Positions 1-9,006 of a stretch of 64,000 nt of DNA are shown here, piece by piece. The position numbers and the translations under genes were made by a program. The stretch's first letter is position 1, and every line of letters starts with the position of its first letter. The DNA is from Dehalococcoidia bacterium. Its GTDB lineage: Bacteria; Chloroflexota; Dehalococcoidia; Lucifugimonadales; UBA3495. A model generated the notes under the pieces. It was given only the letters and a program-made list of their open reading frames with translations. It had not been told where the DNA came from and did no database searches. The DNA lies in contig CBDHDC010000002.1 in the NCBI GenBank assembly GCA_965261195.1, forward strand, positions 35,266 through 99,265, given 5' to 3'.

Positions 1-289
1 CCGCGCCGTTGCTGGGCGAAACGCTATTCGCAACCGGCTCCCCATCGCAAAATTACCGCCCCTGGAAACGACGTGGACCTTGCCTCAAAACGGTGCGACG
101 AGTCTGGCTTGAAAGGGCTGCCGTCAGCTCCTGAGTAGGGTGCGAGTGGGGGATTCCGCGACGTCGCGCCACTGGCCCGCGGTTGCAGGTGCAGGTGCCG
201 ATCCAGGTCCTGCGCAGGCCCTCACAGGCTGCCCGGGCAGGTTGAATTGACGGAACTTCGGGACGGCGGGGTCGGAAACCCGGGATCGT

Positions 290-465
290 CTTCCTGGAGG
301 CAAAGACCTGGCCGGGTTTTCCGAGTCAACGTCGGCGGACAATTCCCACCGGGGGCGGTTTTGCCCCCTTGTCATCACACTACCCCCTCTGAAAGAACGT
401 GCTACAGGCCATCCTGGGCGGCCGTTTTCGGCGCTCGCGGCGCCAGGGGCCCTTCCCGGGGTAGA
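290..465 (-). repeat. ~175-bp repeat, inverted copy of 6305-6480
   Basis: The reverse complement of 290-465 aligns by eye with 6305-6480. Shared blocks are CCCGGGAAGGGCCC, CAGGAT.GCCTGTAGC, GCAGGGGGTAGT and AAGGGGGCAAAA. Confidence 0.7.
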
Positions 466-946
466 TTAAGGGAGTACCAGAAAGTGCGGGGGTAACGGCG
501 GATCTGTGTACGCAAGAGAAATTCGAGCCGTGGTGCCGAGGTCGAAGGGGTTTGGGATCGAGCGCCTGAAACTGAGACATGCGGCGTCTGAATGGCCCCC
601 ACTTCTTGGCACCCTCCAGGGGAACCGCCTCTTCCAGTTTCCGTGCGGCTTCACCCTTTGCCTCCTGCGCAGTTGCTAGCGGTATGCATCGCTGGGAACG
701 GGCGATCCGTACGACCAGGATACGGGTACGTTCATCGTCTATCTCGGCCATGATGCAATAATTTCCGACACGGTAACGCCACAGATCACCATACCGTGTC
801 CCCTGCATCGCAATACCAAGCTGGCGCGGATTGTCCATGCCGGCCAATCGGACCTCCAGGAAAGCCCGAAGCCGTCGCTGCACCTGCCGATCCAGGCGGC
901 GAACGGACTTCTGGACGCTTTCGGCGTACTCAATCCTCCAGGCCAC
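380..946 (-). pseudogene. RelE/ParE-family toxin with a 3' frameshift and read-through extension
   Basis: The N-terminal ~88 aa (MAWRIEYAESVQKSVRRLD...WRYRVGNYCIMAEIDDERTRILVVRIA) fit the RelE/StbE pattern. The canonical C-terminus ...SDAYR* is readable one frame over, with its stop at 676-678. The annotated frame instead runs on about 95 aa into the repeat at 380-465. Confidence 0.7.
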
Positions 947-1160
947 GCCGCCTTTCTTCCGCGCTCAGGGTTTTTTCCTCTCCCTTGCGAATGCGCTCCA
1001 GCACGTGTTCGGCCAGATAGACATCTTCCATGTCCTCGATTTTCTCAAGGATCCCCTTGCGGACAAGGGCGGGCTGGGACTTGTGCACCAATCGGAGCCC
1101 TTTTTCGGGCTTATAGCCATGTTGGCGCAGGTCAGACCGCGGCTTGTCTTGTTCGTCGCG
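930..1160 (-). pseudogene. Phd/YefM/StbD-like antitoxin remnant, N-terminally truncated
   Basis: The C-terminal ...LRLVHKSQPALVRKGILEKIEDMEDVYLAEHVLERIRKGEEKTLSAEE resembles StbD/Phd-type antitoxins, and the ORF overlaps the relE start. Between the upstream gene end (1162) and residue ~58 there is no ATG, GTG or TTG, only a weak TTG/GTG at 1091/1088. Confidence 0.45.
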
Positions 1161-1161
1161 T

Positions 1162-1501
1162 CTATGCCGGCCGGTTGATTCGGACCAATCGGCCAGTCCA
1201 GTCCGAGTACGTCTCCAATTCCCTGTGGATGCGACCGGCAAGCGCCTCGAAGTCCGGGTCATGTGCAGACAATGATGCCGCGGTGGTCGGGCATCGCCTG
1301 ATGCAGACGGATGAAATGGCGGCGATTAAGGGTGAGCACGATCCGCGACTCGGCGATCGCGAATGCCAAGATGTCTTCATCCGACACGGCCTGACCGGCC
1401 TTGCCGCTTTCGTAGGTGGTCAACAGGTTGTGGCCCAACTCCCGCAGGGCCTCGACAACCGGTAGCGGGAAATTCTCATTGGCGTAGCAATCCGCCATCA
1501 A
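1162..1501 (-). pseudogene. DUF5615 (PIN-like, Mut7-C type) toxin, frameshifted
   Basis: MMADCYANENFPLPVVEALRELGHNLLT...RGIIVCT stops at 1259. The expected continuation HDPDFEALAGRIHRELETYSDWTGRLVRINRPA* lies in the adjacent frame and ends at 1162. This points to a 1-nt indel near 1258-1262. Confidence 0.65.
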
Positions 1502-1827
1502 GCCGCCTCGTTGTCGCGAATCTGTCGGTCCATTTCCTCAGCATGCGAGCGGGCATAGGCCCAGGCATTGGCCAGATCCTCCACCCGCAGGGTGGGGTAG
1601 CTCCGCAAAATGTCAATGTCGCTCGTCCCGAGCCGCCGCGCCTGCACCAGAAGCCAGACCGGAATGCGGGTGCGAACCACGCACGCTTCGCCGCCACACA
1701 CCTCCGGACGGCTTTCGACACCGGGAAAGGCATCGCCCAGATCCTGGACTACCCACTGAAGCAGTTGGGCTTTTTCGACCCGGCTCAGCGTCGCTACAAA
1801 CTGTTCCATTTCCTGATGCGTTGGCAT
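1498..1827 (-). CDS. DUF433-domain protein (antitoxin partner of DUF5615)
   Basis: The translation contains PEVCGGEACVVRTRIPVWLLVQARRLGTSDIDILRSYPTLRVEDLANAWAY, typical of DUF433. It overlaps the downstream DUF5615 gene by 4 nt. Confidence 0.75.
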   Translation of the reverse strand: MPTHQEMEQFVATLSRVEKAQLLQWVVQDLGDAFPGVESRPEVCGGEACVVRTRIPVWLLVQARRLGTSDIDILRSYPTLRVEDLANAWAYARSHAEEMDRQIRDNEAA

Positions 1828-1967
1828 ACTCGACCCTCGTCATTCACTTTGAACGGCATCCTACCACGCAGCCGTAACGCGCAGAATTTGAGAAGGGTCA
1901 TGCTCTTGCCCGCATGCGGGAGGTGCGAGGTCGCCATGGGGGCGCCGGGTGCCGCACCTGCACATAG

Positions 1968-2543
1968 CTATGACACCGGATTCAACTCCAGCCGGTCCGT
2001 GCTCAAGTCCAGAAACTCGATATTGTCCCGGCATGCCCAGTGGAGCAAGGTGCCGGGAGGCGTCGGGTTGCTGGCAAAGGCCAGGCAGGCCAGGTCGTAC
2101 TGCGTCTCGGTCGTAGTGGAGTGCCGGAGACGCGGGAGATGCGCTTTGACGTAAAAGAGCACGTCTTGTCCCATCTCGGAGCGAAAGGCCGTCGCCCGTC
2201 CGGTCGGACTCAGGGCAAAGAAGAAATAGTCCTCGTCTTCAAACATCCGCGTCAGGACGGCCTGCACCAGCGGGTTGTTCGGATTGATCAGCAGGTTCCA
2301 GGTCCGAAATCCATAGAACGCGAAGGCAAGGTGGATCACTTCGAAGGCGTCGCCGCCCAGCAGGGAATGCCCGAGCCGGAAGCCCCTGGCCGTCACCTCC
2401 GAGGGGATGTCCGCATCGAGGTGCAGGGCCACAAAGCCGCTTTGCCGCCCGTTTTCTTCGACGAGGCCAAGGGCGCCGCAGGGTGGCTCGGCGTCCATGA
2501 AGTCGTGCATGAAGGAGCGATTGACGGTCAGGACGGGAAGCAT
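1968..2543 (-). CDS. hypothetical protein (191 aa)
   Basis: Long ORF with protein-like composition and no recognisable motif. Confidence 0.5.
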   Translation of the reverse strand: MLPVLTVNRSFMHDFMDAEPPCGALGLVEENGRQSGFVALHLDADIPSEVTARGFRLGHSLLGGDAFEVIHLAFAFYGFRTWNLLINPNNPLVQAVLTRMFEDEDYFFFALSPTGRATAFRSEMGQDVLFYVKAHLPRLRHSTTTETQYDLACLAFASNPTPPGTLLHWACRDNIEFLDLSTDRLELNPVS

Positions 2544-2805
2544 GTCGGGTCTCCGAACAAGGGGGGCTGTCAGGACAGGGGATAAACCGGCTCACGCGAA
2601 AGCGTCAAGCGCTTCGATTTCTGGTACTGCTCTCTCTTTGCGGCGTCCGTCGGCTGTGGTGACGGGCGCCTCCTCCAGGGTCGCGCAATGGTGCCGGAAC
2701 GCCGTCAGGCCCATCTGTCGGAACGAGGCCATGCCTGCAGCCGGCTGTCGTGCTACCTTTGCAGGCATACGATCCCGTCCATGCCCAACCGTCGAGGGAG
2801 CATTC

Positions 2806-3252
2806 ATGCCCAACCGGAATTTAACCAACACCACCAAGCTGAAGGCGCGCGAACTGCTCAGGCGGCTGCGGACGCGCTTCCCGGTGCTGTTCCCTGTCGA
2901 CCGCAGCGCCCTGAAGCCCTGGGCCATGGGCGAGGGCTATCGCCTGCGGCAGGCCCTGGCCGAAGCCGAGGACGGCGAGCAAGTCTCCAACCAGGTGTGG
3001 CGCGTGGCCATCAACCTGTGGTTCCACGGCAATCTCGAACGCCGGGCAGCCTACTTCAAGTGCCTGACCGAGGGGGCGCCGCGCTACGACCTGCACGGCA
3101 ACGTGTCGGGCGAAGTGAGTACCGAAGAAGCGGCGCACGCCGCCGCGCAACTGCCTGAGTGCGAGCGCCAGTTGGTCGAGCTCAGGTCGGCAGGGCGCCC
3201 GCAGGCCAAGGCGGGAAAGGCGCAAACCGAGCAACCGGAAATCTCTGCCTGA
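2806..3252 (+). CDS. ProQ/FinO-family RNA-binding protein
   Basis: Internal ATG at 2806 preceded by GAGGGAG. ELLRRLRTRFPVLFP...LKPWAMG...RYDLHGNVSGEVSTEEAAHAAAQL aligns with the ProQ/FinO N-terminal domain (E. coli ProQ FLAERFPHCF...PLKIGI...[20 protein letters not shown]). Confidence 0.75.
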   Translation: MPNRNLTNTTKLKARELLRRLRTRFPVLFPVDRSALKPWAMGEGYRLRQALAEAEDGEQVSNQVWRVAINLWFHGNLERRAAYFKCLTEGAPRYDLHGNVSGEVSTEEAAHAAAQLPECERQLVELRSAGRPQAKAGKAQTEQPEISA

Positions 3253-3586
3253 CACCGCAGGAAGCGCCGGGCTACGGTCCTTTTCGCCGGGCGCCGGGGA
3301 ATGGCCTCTCCAGACACGGCGCAAACACGCGCTGCAGCCTCTCGGCCGTCACGACCCGCCTCTCCAGAAAATGTGTGTATGGGCGAAGCATACCCCGCAC
3401 GCCCACGTCCGGCAAGGCCAGACAACACGCCGGGCCGGCTACCCGGGTGGCTGTGCTATCCAGGGGCGGCCGATCCCGTATCAGCTGACGCCTGCGAATC
3501 CGTCTGCCGAAAAAGGGCACCTGGCCCGATTGGTGTAAAAAGGCACGCCAAGAATTCTATATATACAAGAAGAAAGCCATCCTGCC

Positions 3587-3748
3587 ATGAAACCCGTCTT
3601 CAAGATCCTGCTCGTCGCGCTCGTTGCCGGCATGTTCACAAGCGGCTGCATGCTGGTCACCATGCCCATCATGACGTTTGAAGCGTGGCGAAACGCCGGC
3701 AAGAAACCCTGCCCGCCGCCGAACCAACACCGCATGTGCCGCCAATAA
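3587..3748 (+). CDS. small putative lipoprotein (53 aa)
   Basis: MKPVFKILLVALVAGMFTSGC... has a signal-peptide-like N-terminus with a lipobox-like FTSGC. It is below the ORF-track cutoff and has no clear RBS. Confidence 0.35.
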   Translation: MKPVFKILLVALVAGMFTSGCMLVTMPIMTFEAWRNAGKKPCPPPNQHRMCRQ

Positions 3749-3929
3749 CCCCTCGCCAAGAGGTTCGACCGTTCCATGACCCAGACATCCAGGCGGGCGT
3801 TTCCGGTTTCGAGTTCCTTGCGGCCTTTGACCTGACTGATCTTGAGGCCGCCGAACGCCGGTCGCCTCAGTTGCCGGGTGACGTTTGGCAAAATTGTTGC
3901 CGGTAACGACATGGATAATTGAGACGAGA

Positions 3930-5728
3930 AATCCCCGAGGCGGCGCGGGCACCATGACTGTCATGGCACTCGCGCCGCCCCGGTGTGTTGTCCCGCTCTT
4001 GGAAGGCCGTCATCGCAACCGTCTGCGCCGATGGCAGGCAGGTTGGACGCGGCTCCCGTTGACGCTTCACTGGCCGCCATCATGGTGGCAGCCTCTGGCG
4101 CCTTAACGCCGCCCGCGAGCAACAGGCGGCGACCACTCTCCTCACAGGCTCAACGTTTCGCCATAATGCTGCAAGTTGAGGGCGGCGTTGCCGTCGCGGT
4201 CCATGACCAGGCCGCAACAGAGACATTCGTAGACGCGCTTGCTGAGCGGCATGTCCTGCGGTTCGCCGCACCTGCTGCACTTCCGGGTGCTGGGAAAATC
4301 CGCCGGCGCCCTGACGAACTCGACCCCCGCAGCGTCGCACCGGTATTGGATCTTGTACTGCAGGGCGCTCATGGCAGCCCTGGCGATTCCCCCCGCCAGA
4401 CGCCTGCCGCTCCGGTTCATCATGTCGCGGACATCCAGCGACTCCATCACCACCATGCGGGCCTTGGCGACGATCTCGTTGGCTGCCTTGTGCTGCGCCT
4501 CTTCACGCCAGCACCTTGCCAGGTAGCGTGCTTTCTGAAGCTGACGCTGCACACGCTCATGATGGCCGCTTCCCTGAACCTGCCGGGCCAGCCGCCGCGT
4601 GAGGCGGCCGATCTCGCGCCGCAGGGACTTTAGCGCCTCGGGGATCTCGTAGCGTGTTCCGTCCGAGCACACCGCGATGGTCCCAAGGCCCACGTCGACG
4701 CCGATGATCTTGGTACCAAGACTTGCGGGCGGATTCTTCATTTCCACCTCCACGCAGGCCCACCAGCGTTCATCCTCGTGCGTGACCGTCACCGTGAGGA
4801 CAGGCTCTTCAGGATTCAGGGACTCAAGCATGCGGACCTTGCCGATGTTCGGCAGTTCGATGCGCTTTTTGTCACACCGGACTTTGACCGCTCGCTTGTC
4901 GGCGCGAAAGGCAATCTTGTGGTCCTGGCCATGGAACCTGGGGGCTTTGTTATGGCGGGTCTTGTCCTCCGATGCCTTGATCGCGTTTTCCAGCGCATAG
5001 ACAGCATGCTGGCCGGCGCTCCGGCACAACTGAGCGGACTGCGGATAGGCTGATGCTCGCTCTCCTTCCCACACGGGCAAGAGCATGCTGGTGGGATGCG
5101 GTTCTTCGGCAGCGCACTTGTCTTTGTAATCGCGCAGCGTCCAGTTGTGGGCGTCGCGGCGGTAGTCGGCGTGTTGTTTCAACAGGCGCCGCGGCTTCGT
5201 AGACGGGGTCAGGATGATCTTGCGGGTACGATTCATGCTATGGATTCCTTACGGTAGGTGTTGCAGGTGGACCGGGAGGGCGGGTGAGAAGTCTCTTGGG
5301 AGATGCTCGTGGCGCATTCCTCGGCATGTTGACAGGGGGTTCTGATATCCGCTGGTTTCGCCCGACTTCGTGATTCAATACACAATAGTGGGAGGCAAGA
5401 ACTTTTCTGGCCGTCCAGCGGAATTTCCCCGCACAAGAAGTGGGGGAAATTATGATGGACGGCCAGAAAGGAGGCAGCCAGGTTTTCCCGTTCCCCGGTC
5501 ATGCCTGGGGATTTGCGGGCTTGCAAGGATATGGAATTGGCCGTTTGGGAGATGAGAGGGCCACCGCTTGTCCGCCGACTCTTGACCAGGCTGCACGTTT
5601 CTTCTCTCCGCCGGCAGGCTGCGGAGTAAAGACGGGACGGTCCGGTAGGGATGTGGCGGGACGCGTTCCCGATTGCGGGTGGAAAAACGAGTGCCTTGGC
5701 GAGTCTGTGCTCACCAGGGCACTCTCGT
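3930..5728 (-). mobile_element. IS200/IS605-family (IS1341-like) element with tnpB only; boundaries approximate
   Basis: The upstream boundary is inferred from where homology of the disrupted integrase to the intact copy (16432-17355) is lost, at ~5725-5731. The downstream boundary is guessed from an imperfect hairpin at 3940-3981. No tnpA is present. Confidence 0.5.
4142..5236 (-). CDS. tnpB: TnpB (OrfB_IS605) RNA-guided nuclease-type transposon protein
   Basis: 364 aa with a RuvC-like block IIGVDVGLGTIAVCSDG, VVMESLDVRDM, and the C-terminal zinc finger CSRCG...YECLCCGLVMDRDGNAALN. Confidence 0.9.
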   Translation of the reverse strand: MNRTRKIILTPSTKPRRLLKQHADYRRDAHNWTLRDYKDKCAAEEPHPTSMLLPVWEGERASAYPQSAQLCRSAGQHAVYALENAIKASEDKTRHNKAPRFHGQDHKIAFRADKRAVKVRCDKKRIELPNIGKVRMLESLNPEEPVLTVTVTHEDERWWACVEVEMKNPPASLGTKIIGVDVGLGTIAVCSDGTRYEIPEALKSLRREIGRLTRRLARQVQGSGHHERVQRQLQKARYLARCWREEAQHKAANEIVAKARMVVMESLDVRDMMNRSGRRLAGGIARAAMSALQYKIQYRCDAAGVEFVRAPADFPSTRKCSRCGEPQDMPLSKRVYECLCCGLVMDRDGNAALNLQHYGETLSL

Positions 5729-6145
5729 GTGGGGATCGCGGACCTTGTCAAGGTCGCCGGCGTCGAGCTTGCGGGCGCGGTGGATATAGTTGGGCTTGCC
5801 GGGAGGCGGCAGAAGGTACTCGGCGTTGGTGCGTTTGACGATGTTGGCCTTGCCGAGTTCCGAGGCAAACCCGCGCAGGGTTGCCAGGCGGTTTTCGATG
5901 CTGCGACGGTCGATGCCGCTCTGGGTCCAGGCGCTGAGCGCCACGTCAATGTGCTTGGGCTTGATGTTTCCCGGTTGTGGATTGCAGCCCTGCTCGTGAA
6001 GGGTCCGGACGAAGATGCGGATGTGGCTTTCGCGGTCCTTGCGGGTGACGCAGGACGTGTTGGGTTCAGGGCTTCGGTAGAGGTAGTTGAGCCATTTGCG
6101 GATGGTTCTGTTGCTGATTTCCTTGCTGGGATCGAATTGGGGCAT
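5711..6145 (-). pseudogene. tyrosine integrase, N-terminal 138 aa only (truncated by the tnpB element)
   Basis: The translation is collinear with the N-terminus of the intact integrase at 16432-17355 (IRKWLNYL.../RSIENRLATLRGFASELGKANIVKRTN/KVRDP). Similarity ends abruptly after KVRDP. Confidence 0.75.
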
Positions 6146-6304
6146 GGCTCAAAGCCTCTGGATGCTGGAGCCGAGATAGTGGCTGTTGGCAGGGTGGACG
6201 AGTTTTGGGCGCTTAGAGATGCTGGCAAGCCAGCGCAGGGACTTCCTCTTGGCACCGGGAAGACGCGGCAAGGCAAGGCGAGCCGGGCGAAGCGCCAAAT
6301 TCGC

Positions 6305-6480
6305 CCCGGGAAGGGCCCTTGGCGTCTCAGGCGCCAAAAACGACCGCTCAGGATCGCCTGTAGCGCGGTTTTTCGCAGGGGGTAGTACGATGGGAAGGGG
6401 GCAAAAACGGCCCCGGGGGACACGATCCGCCATGAAGGCGAGGCCCGGTGGGGCTTTTGCACAAAAAGTCAACTTTCTGA
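6305..6480 (+). repeat. ~175-bp repeat, inverted copy of 290-465
   Basis: See 290-465. It lies upstream of the truncated integrase operon. Short stretches (GTTTTTGCAGGGGGT, GAATTCCTGG) recur upstream of the intact integrase operon at ~17740-17790. Confidence 0.7.
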
Positions 6481-6606
6481 TGCGGTCGAATTCCTGGCAG
6501 CGAACTGGGTGGTTTTAAGCCGGTAGTCGTTGCACAAGAGGCTGGGAATCGGCATGGAAAGCAAGTATCCAGGCAAGCGCCGTCATCAAATACTCAGTTC
6601 CAGGAC

Positions 6607-6955
6607 TTATCCAGCTTCTGGCGGCACCAAGCGCTCGAGTTGGACGATCAATGCAGGTACATCTTCACGTACGATCTGCCAAACCAGGCTGAGGTCGATC
6701 TCGAAATAGACGTGGACGACTCGGTTACGTAGCCCGACGATTTCCTGCCAAGGGATTTCCGGATGGGCTGTTTGGTTGGGTGCTGTCACTGATGCGGGAG
6801 GCAGCACTCACCAACAATCTCCCAAAACCTTGAAGATCGCGTTTTTGATGCAGGTCACTCTGTTCAAATCATGCATAGGCAAGGTCAGCCGCAAAGGTGA
6901 CGGCTTTGCGTGCCGCAACAAGCATGTCGAGCAGGTACGAATCATCTTGCCGCAT
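6607..6955 (-). pseudogene. hepT: HepT (DUF86/HEPN) toxin with multiple frameshifts
   Basis: The C-terminal half is intact (HPEIPWQEIVGLRNRVVHVYFEIDL, the R-x4-H HEPN motif). The N-terminal MRQDDSYLLDMLVAARKAV... and the middle FEQSDLHQ...AIFKVL...ASRISD pieces lie in different frames. Confidence 0.7.
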
Positions 6956-7122
6956 AGAGGACCTCGGCCGTATCAAGGATCTCTTTGTTTTTTTCCAAGA
7001 ATTCTGTCGCAAACGACAGATATCCTGCAAAAACCAAAACCGCCAGATATCCTGTCACCCACACAACGACACAACTCGAAAGCTCTTGACCCTTCCCTGC
7101 ACAAAGTCAATGCTGAGTAGCA

Positions 7123-7512
7123 ATGAATGATTTCAATCAGAGAACAAGGAGAGAGGCCGTGAACCCGGAATTCTGGGCCATTATCGGCGTCGGCGTAGCG
7201 CTGGCGGGCCTGCAATGGCGCTTGTACGGCAGCTTGAACGCCAACCTGAATGCTCGCATGGACCGCATCGAGACGCGCATCGACCGCATCCAAGCCAACC
7301 TCACCAGCATCAAAGAACGCCTGTCGCGCATCGAAGGCTGGATCGCCGGGCGCTTTCGGGGAAGAAACCGTACCGTCCGCATAGCGCAAGTCCAGGGCAG
7401 CAGTACAGGTACTGACCCCGCACGCCCCAAGCGAACAGCTGCCTCCGGCGCTTCCTGCGCCAATTTCGCCACCACTACTCTACCTGCCGACACATCCCGC
7501 CAGACATCCTGA
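7123..7512 (+). CDS. hypothetical membrane-anchored coiled-coil protein
   Basis: A transmembrane-like stretch FWAIIGVGVALAGL is followed by the heptad-like LNARMDRIETRIDRIQANLTSIKERLSRIEGWI. The ORF sits in DNA inserted between mnt and hepT, and its 3' third looks non-coding. Confidence 0.35.
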   Translation: MNDFNQRTRREAVNPEFWAIIGVGVALAGLQWRLYGSLNANLNARMDRIETRIDRIQANLTSIKERLSRIEGWIAGRFRGRNRTVRIAQVQGSSTGTDPARPKRTAASGASCANFATTTLPADTSRQTS

Positions 7513-7524
7513 ACACGAGCCTGA

Positions 7525-7873
7525 CTAACTGACCCCGACCTGACCAAACTTCCGCCAGATATCGTGATAAACCCCGAGCAAAATTCCTGAAACTGAACAC
7601 TCTTTCCTGCGAATGTAGTTCGGACTTCGTTCGACAGACGGGCGAGTCAGGATGTCCACCGGCCTGCCGAACAGGTCCGAGAGTTCGCCAGCGATGCTCA
7701 ACAAAGCGCAGTCCCGGCGTCTGCCCCGGTTCGAATTCGACCAGGAGGTCGATATCGCTCTGGGGTCCGAAGTCGTCTCTGAGCGCCGAGCCGAAGACGG
7801 CAAGACTTGCAATGCCGTTGGCACGGCAGAATTCAGCCAGGCGGTCTCCTGGAAACAGTATGTTTTGGTTCAT
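7525..7873 (-). pseudogene. mntA: MNT-type nucleotidyltransferase antitoxin, frameshifted
   Basis: N-terminal LAVFGSALRDDFGPQSDIDLLVEFEPGQTPGL is in one frame. The expected continuation ALLSIAGELSDLFGRPVDILTRPSVERSPNYIRRKE is in another. Confidence 0.7.
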
Positions 7874-8198
7874 GACGTGGGATCCTGTCGTTGTGTTTCG
7901 ATGTTTCGCAAGCCCGATTTTATCTCATCAGAAGTAGGTGAACGAGGTTTCGTGCAGGGTGTTCTGCCAAAATCTGCGTGTGCTTGTCCAAGCTTTGTTC
8001 GAGTTTGGCGTGCGCTCGGATTTTTGTGCAGAAAGTCAGTTTGCACAAAAGGTCATCGTAAATCAGGACTTTTTGTGCAAAGCCGCCCGCCCGGTGGTTT
8101 GAAATTCGTCGAGAAGGTGCTTCAATGAGGAGATCATAGTAATATGCCGGGTATTTGTGTAGGTTTCAGGAAGGTTCGGCAAGCAATTCAGTCAGGAA

Positions 8199-8234
8199 AG
8201 GGGCGACGGCCTTCGGGTCGGACGCCCCTTTTTT
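8199..8234 (+). terminator. rho-independent terminator-like hairpin with a T6 run
   Basis: The sequence is AGGGGCGACGGCCTTCGGGTCGGACGCCCCTTTTTT. It marks the left edge of the ORFan-rich element. Confidence 0.5.
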
Positions 8235-8259
8235 CGTGTGCCGAGGTTACTGAAGGGTG

Positions 8260-8976
8260 TCAGCGTCCTGGTTTCCGGATCCGGTAATAGCCCTGGGGCA
8301 TCCGTTTGGCCGGTACGTGAGGGGCGTCTTTTTTGACGGGGACGTTCATTGGCAGGGATTCGGCCGGTGGTGGAAGCGGTGGTTTTGTTTCCGGATAGAG
8401 AATTTCCGGGTGTGGCGTTGGCGGCCGCGCAACCAGGTGATGATGTTTCGGGTCGTGATGGTACTGGTTCATCTGCATGCGGGGCGGCTCATTGGGCAGG
8501 TGAATGTGCTCAGGATGGGGTTCTTGTCCCCGGTGACTCTGCCTGGGAGCGTTGGGAAGGTAGACAGCGTAGTGACGAACTTCCTTGTTCAGCCGCGGAT
8601 TGTACCGGTGCCAGGCATGACTCGCAGCCCTGGACGCTTTCTTGTCGAGGTTGGCGACGGCTTTCTGGAGAGCAGCCTGGGCTTCCTTTCTGAAAATGGT
8701 GCCTGTTTCGCTCTTGGTCGAGGTGATGCGGAGCCGTTCGGCGATGCGAAAGGGGTGTAAGCGCTGGAGACGCACGAGGTCCCCGAAGACGTGGGCGAAG
8801 AATGTCTGAACCTCGGCGAACGGAACAACGGGGGCATAGCCTTCGAAGTGAACGACAACCCGGGTCCGGCCTCTGCGTCTGATGATGTAATAGGTGAGTT
8901 CGCGTCTGAGCAGGATGGCTTCGTCCAGGTTGCAATCGTGGGGAAAGTCTTCGGCAGCGTGTATGTGGATGGACAT
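8260..8976 (-). CDS. hypothetical protein with a Pro/His-rich C-terminal tail
   Basis: 238-aa ORF. The first ~140 aa look globular and the tail is low complexity (HPEHIHLPNEPP...KPPLPPP). Confidence 0.5.
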   Translation of the reverse strand: MSIHIHAAEDFPHDCNLDEAILLRRELTYYIIRRRGRTRVVVHFEGYAPVVPFAEVQTFFAHVFGDLVRLQRLHPFRIAERLRITSTKSETGTIFRKEAQAALQKAVANLDKKASRAASHAWHRYNPRLNKEVRHYAVYLPNAPRQSHRGQEPHPEHIHLPNEPPRMQMNQYHHDPKHHHLVARPPTPHPEILYPETKPPLPPPAESLPMNVPVKKDAPHVPAKRMPQGYYRIRKPGR

Positions 8977-9006
8977 TGTAGGTACTCAGAAGGTTGATTT
9001 GCGCCG

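Noticed and set aside
5233-6462. 409-aa ORF on the minus strand
   Set aside because: It runs through the IS upstream region, the integrase fragment (in another frame) and the 175-bp repeat. Its Ser/Thr/Pro/Ala-rich low-complexity translation is typical of an off-frame ORF in GC-rich DNA.
290-8100. Chromosomal integron cassette array with attC sites around TA genes
   Set aside because: There is no intI-type integrase. The repeats are in inverted rather than uniform orientation, are ~175 bp long, and lack recognisable R''/L''-L'/R' GTTRRRY cores.
8139-8172. att-site candidate shared with 22855-22885 (GGTTTCAGGAA and AATATGCC.G.TATTTG)
   Set aside because: The matches are 11-17 nt, imperfect, and in a different relative order at the two loci. 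Hundreds of 11-mer coincidences are expected by chance in a 64-kb window.
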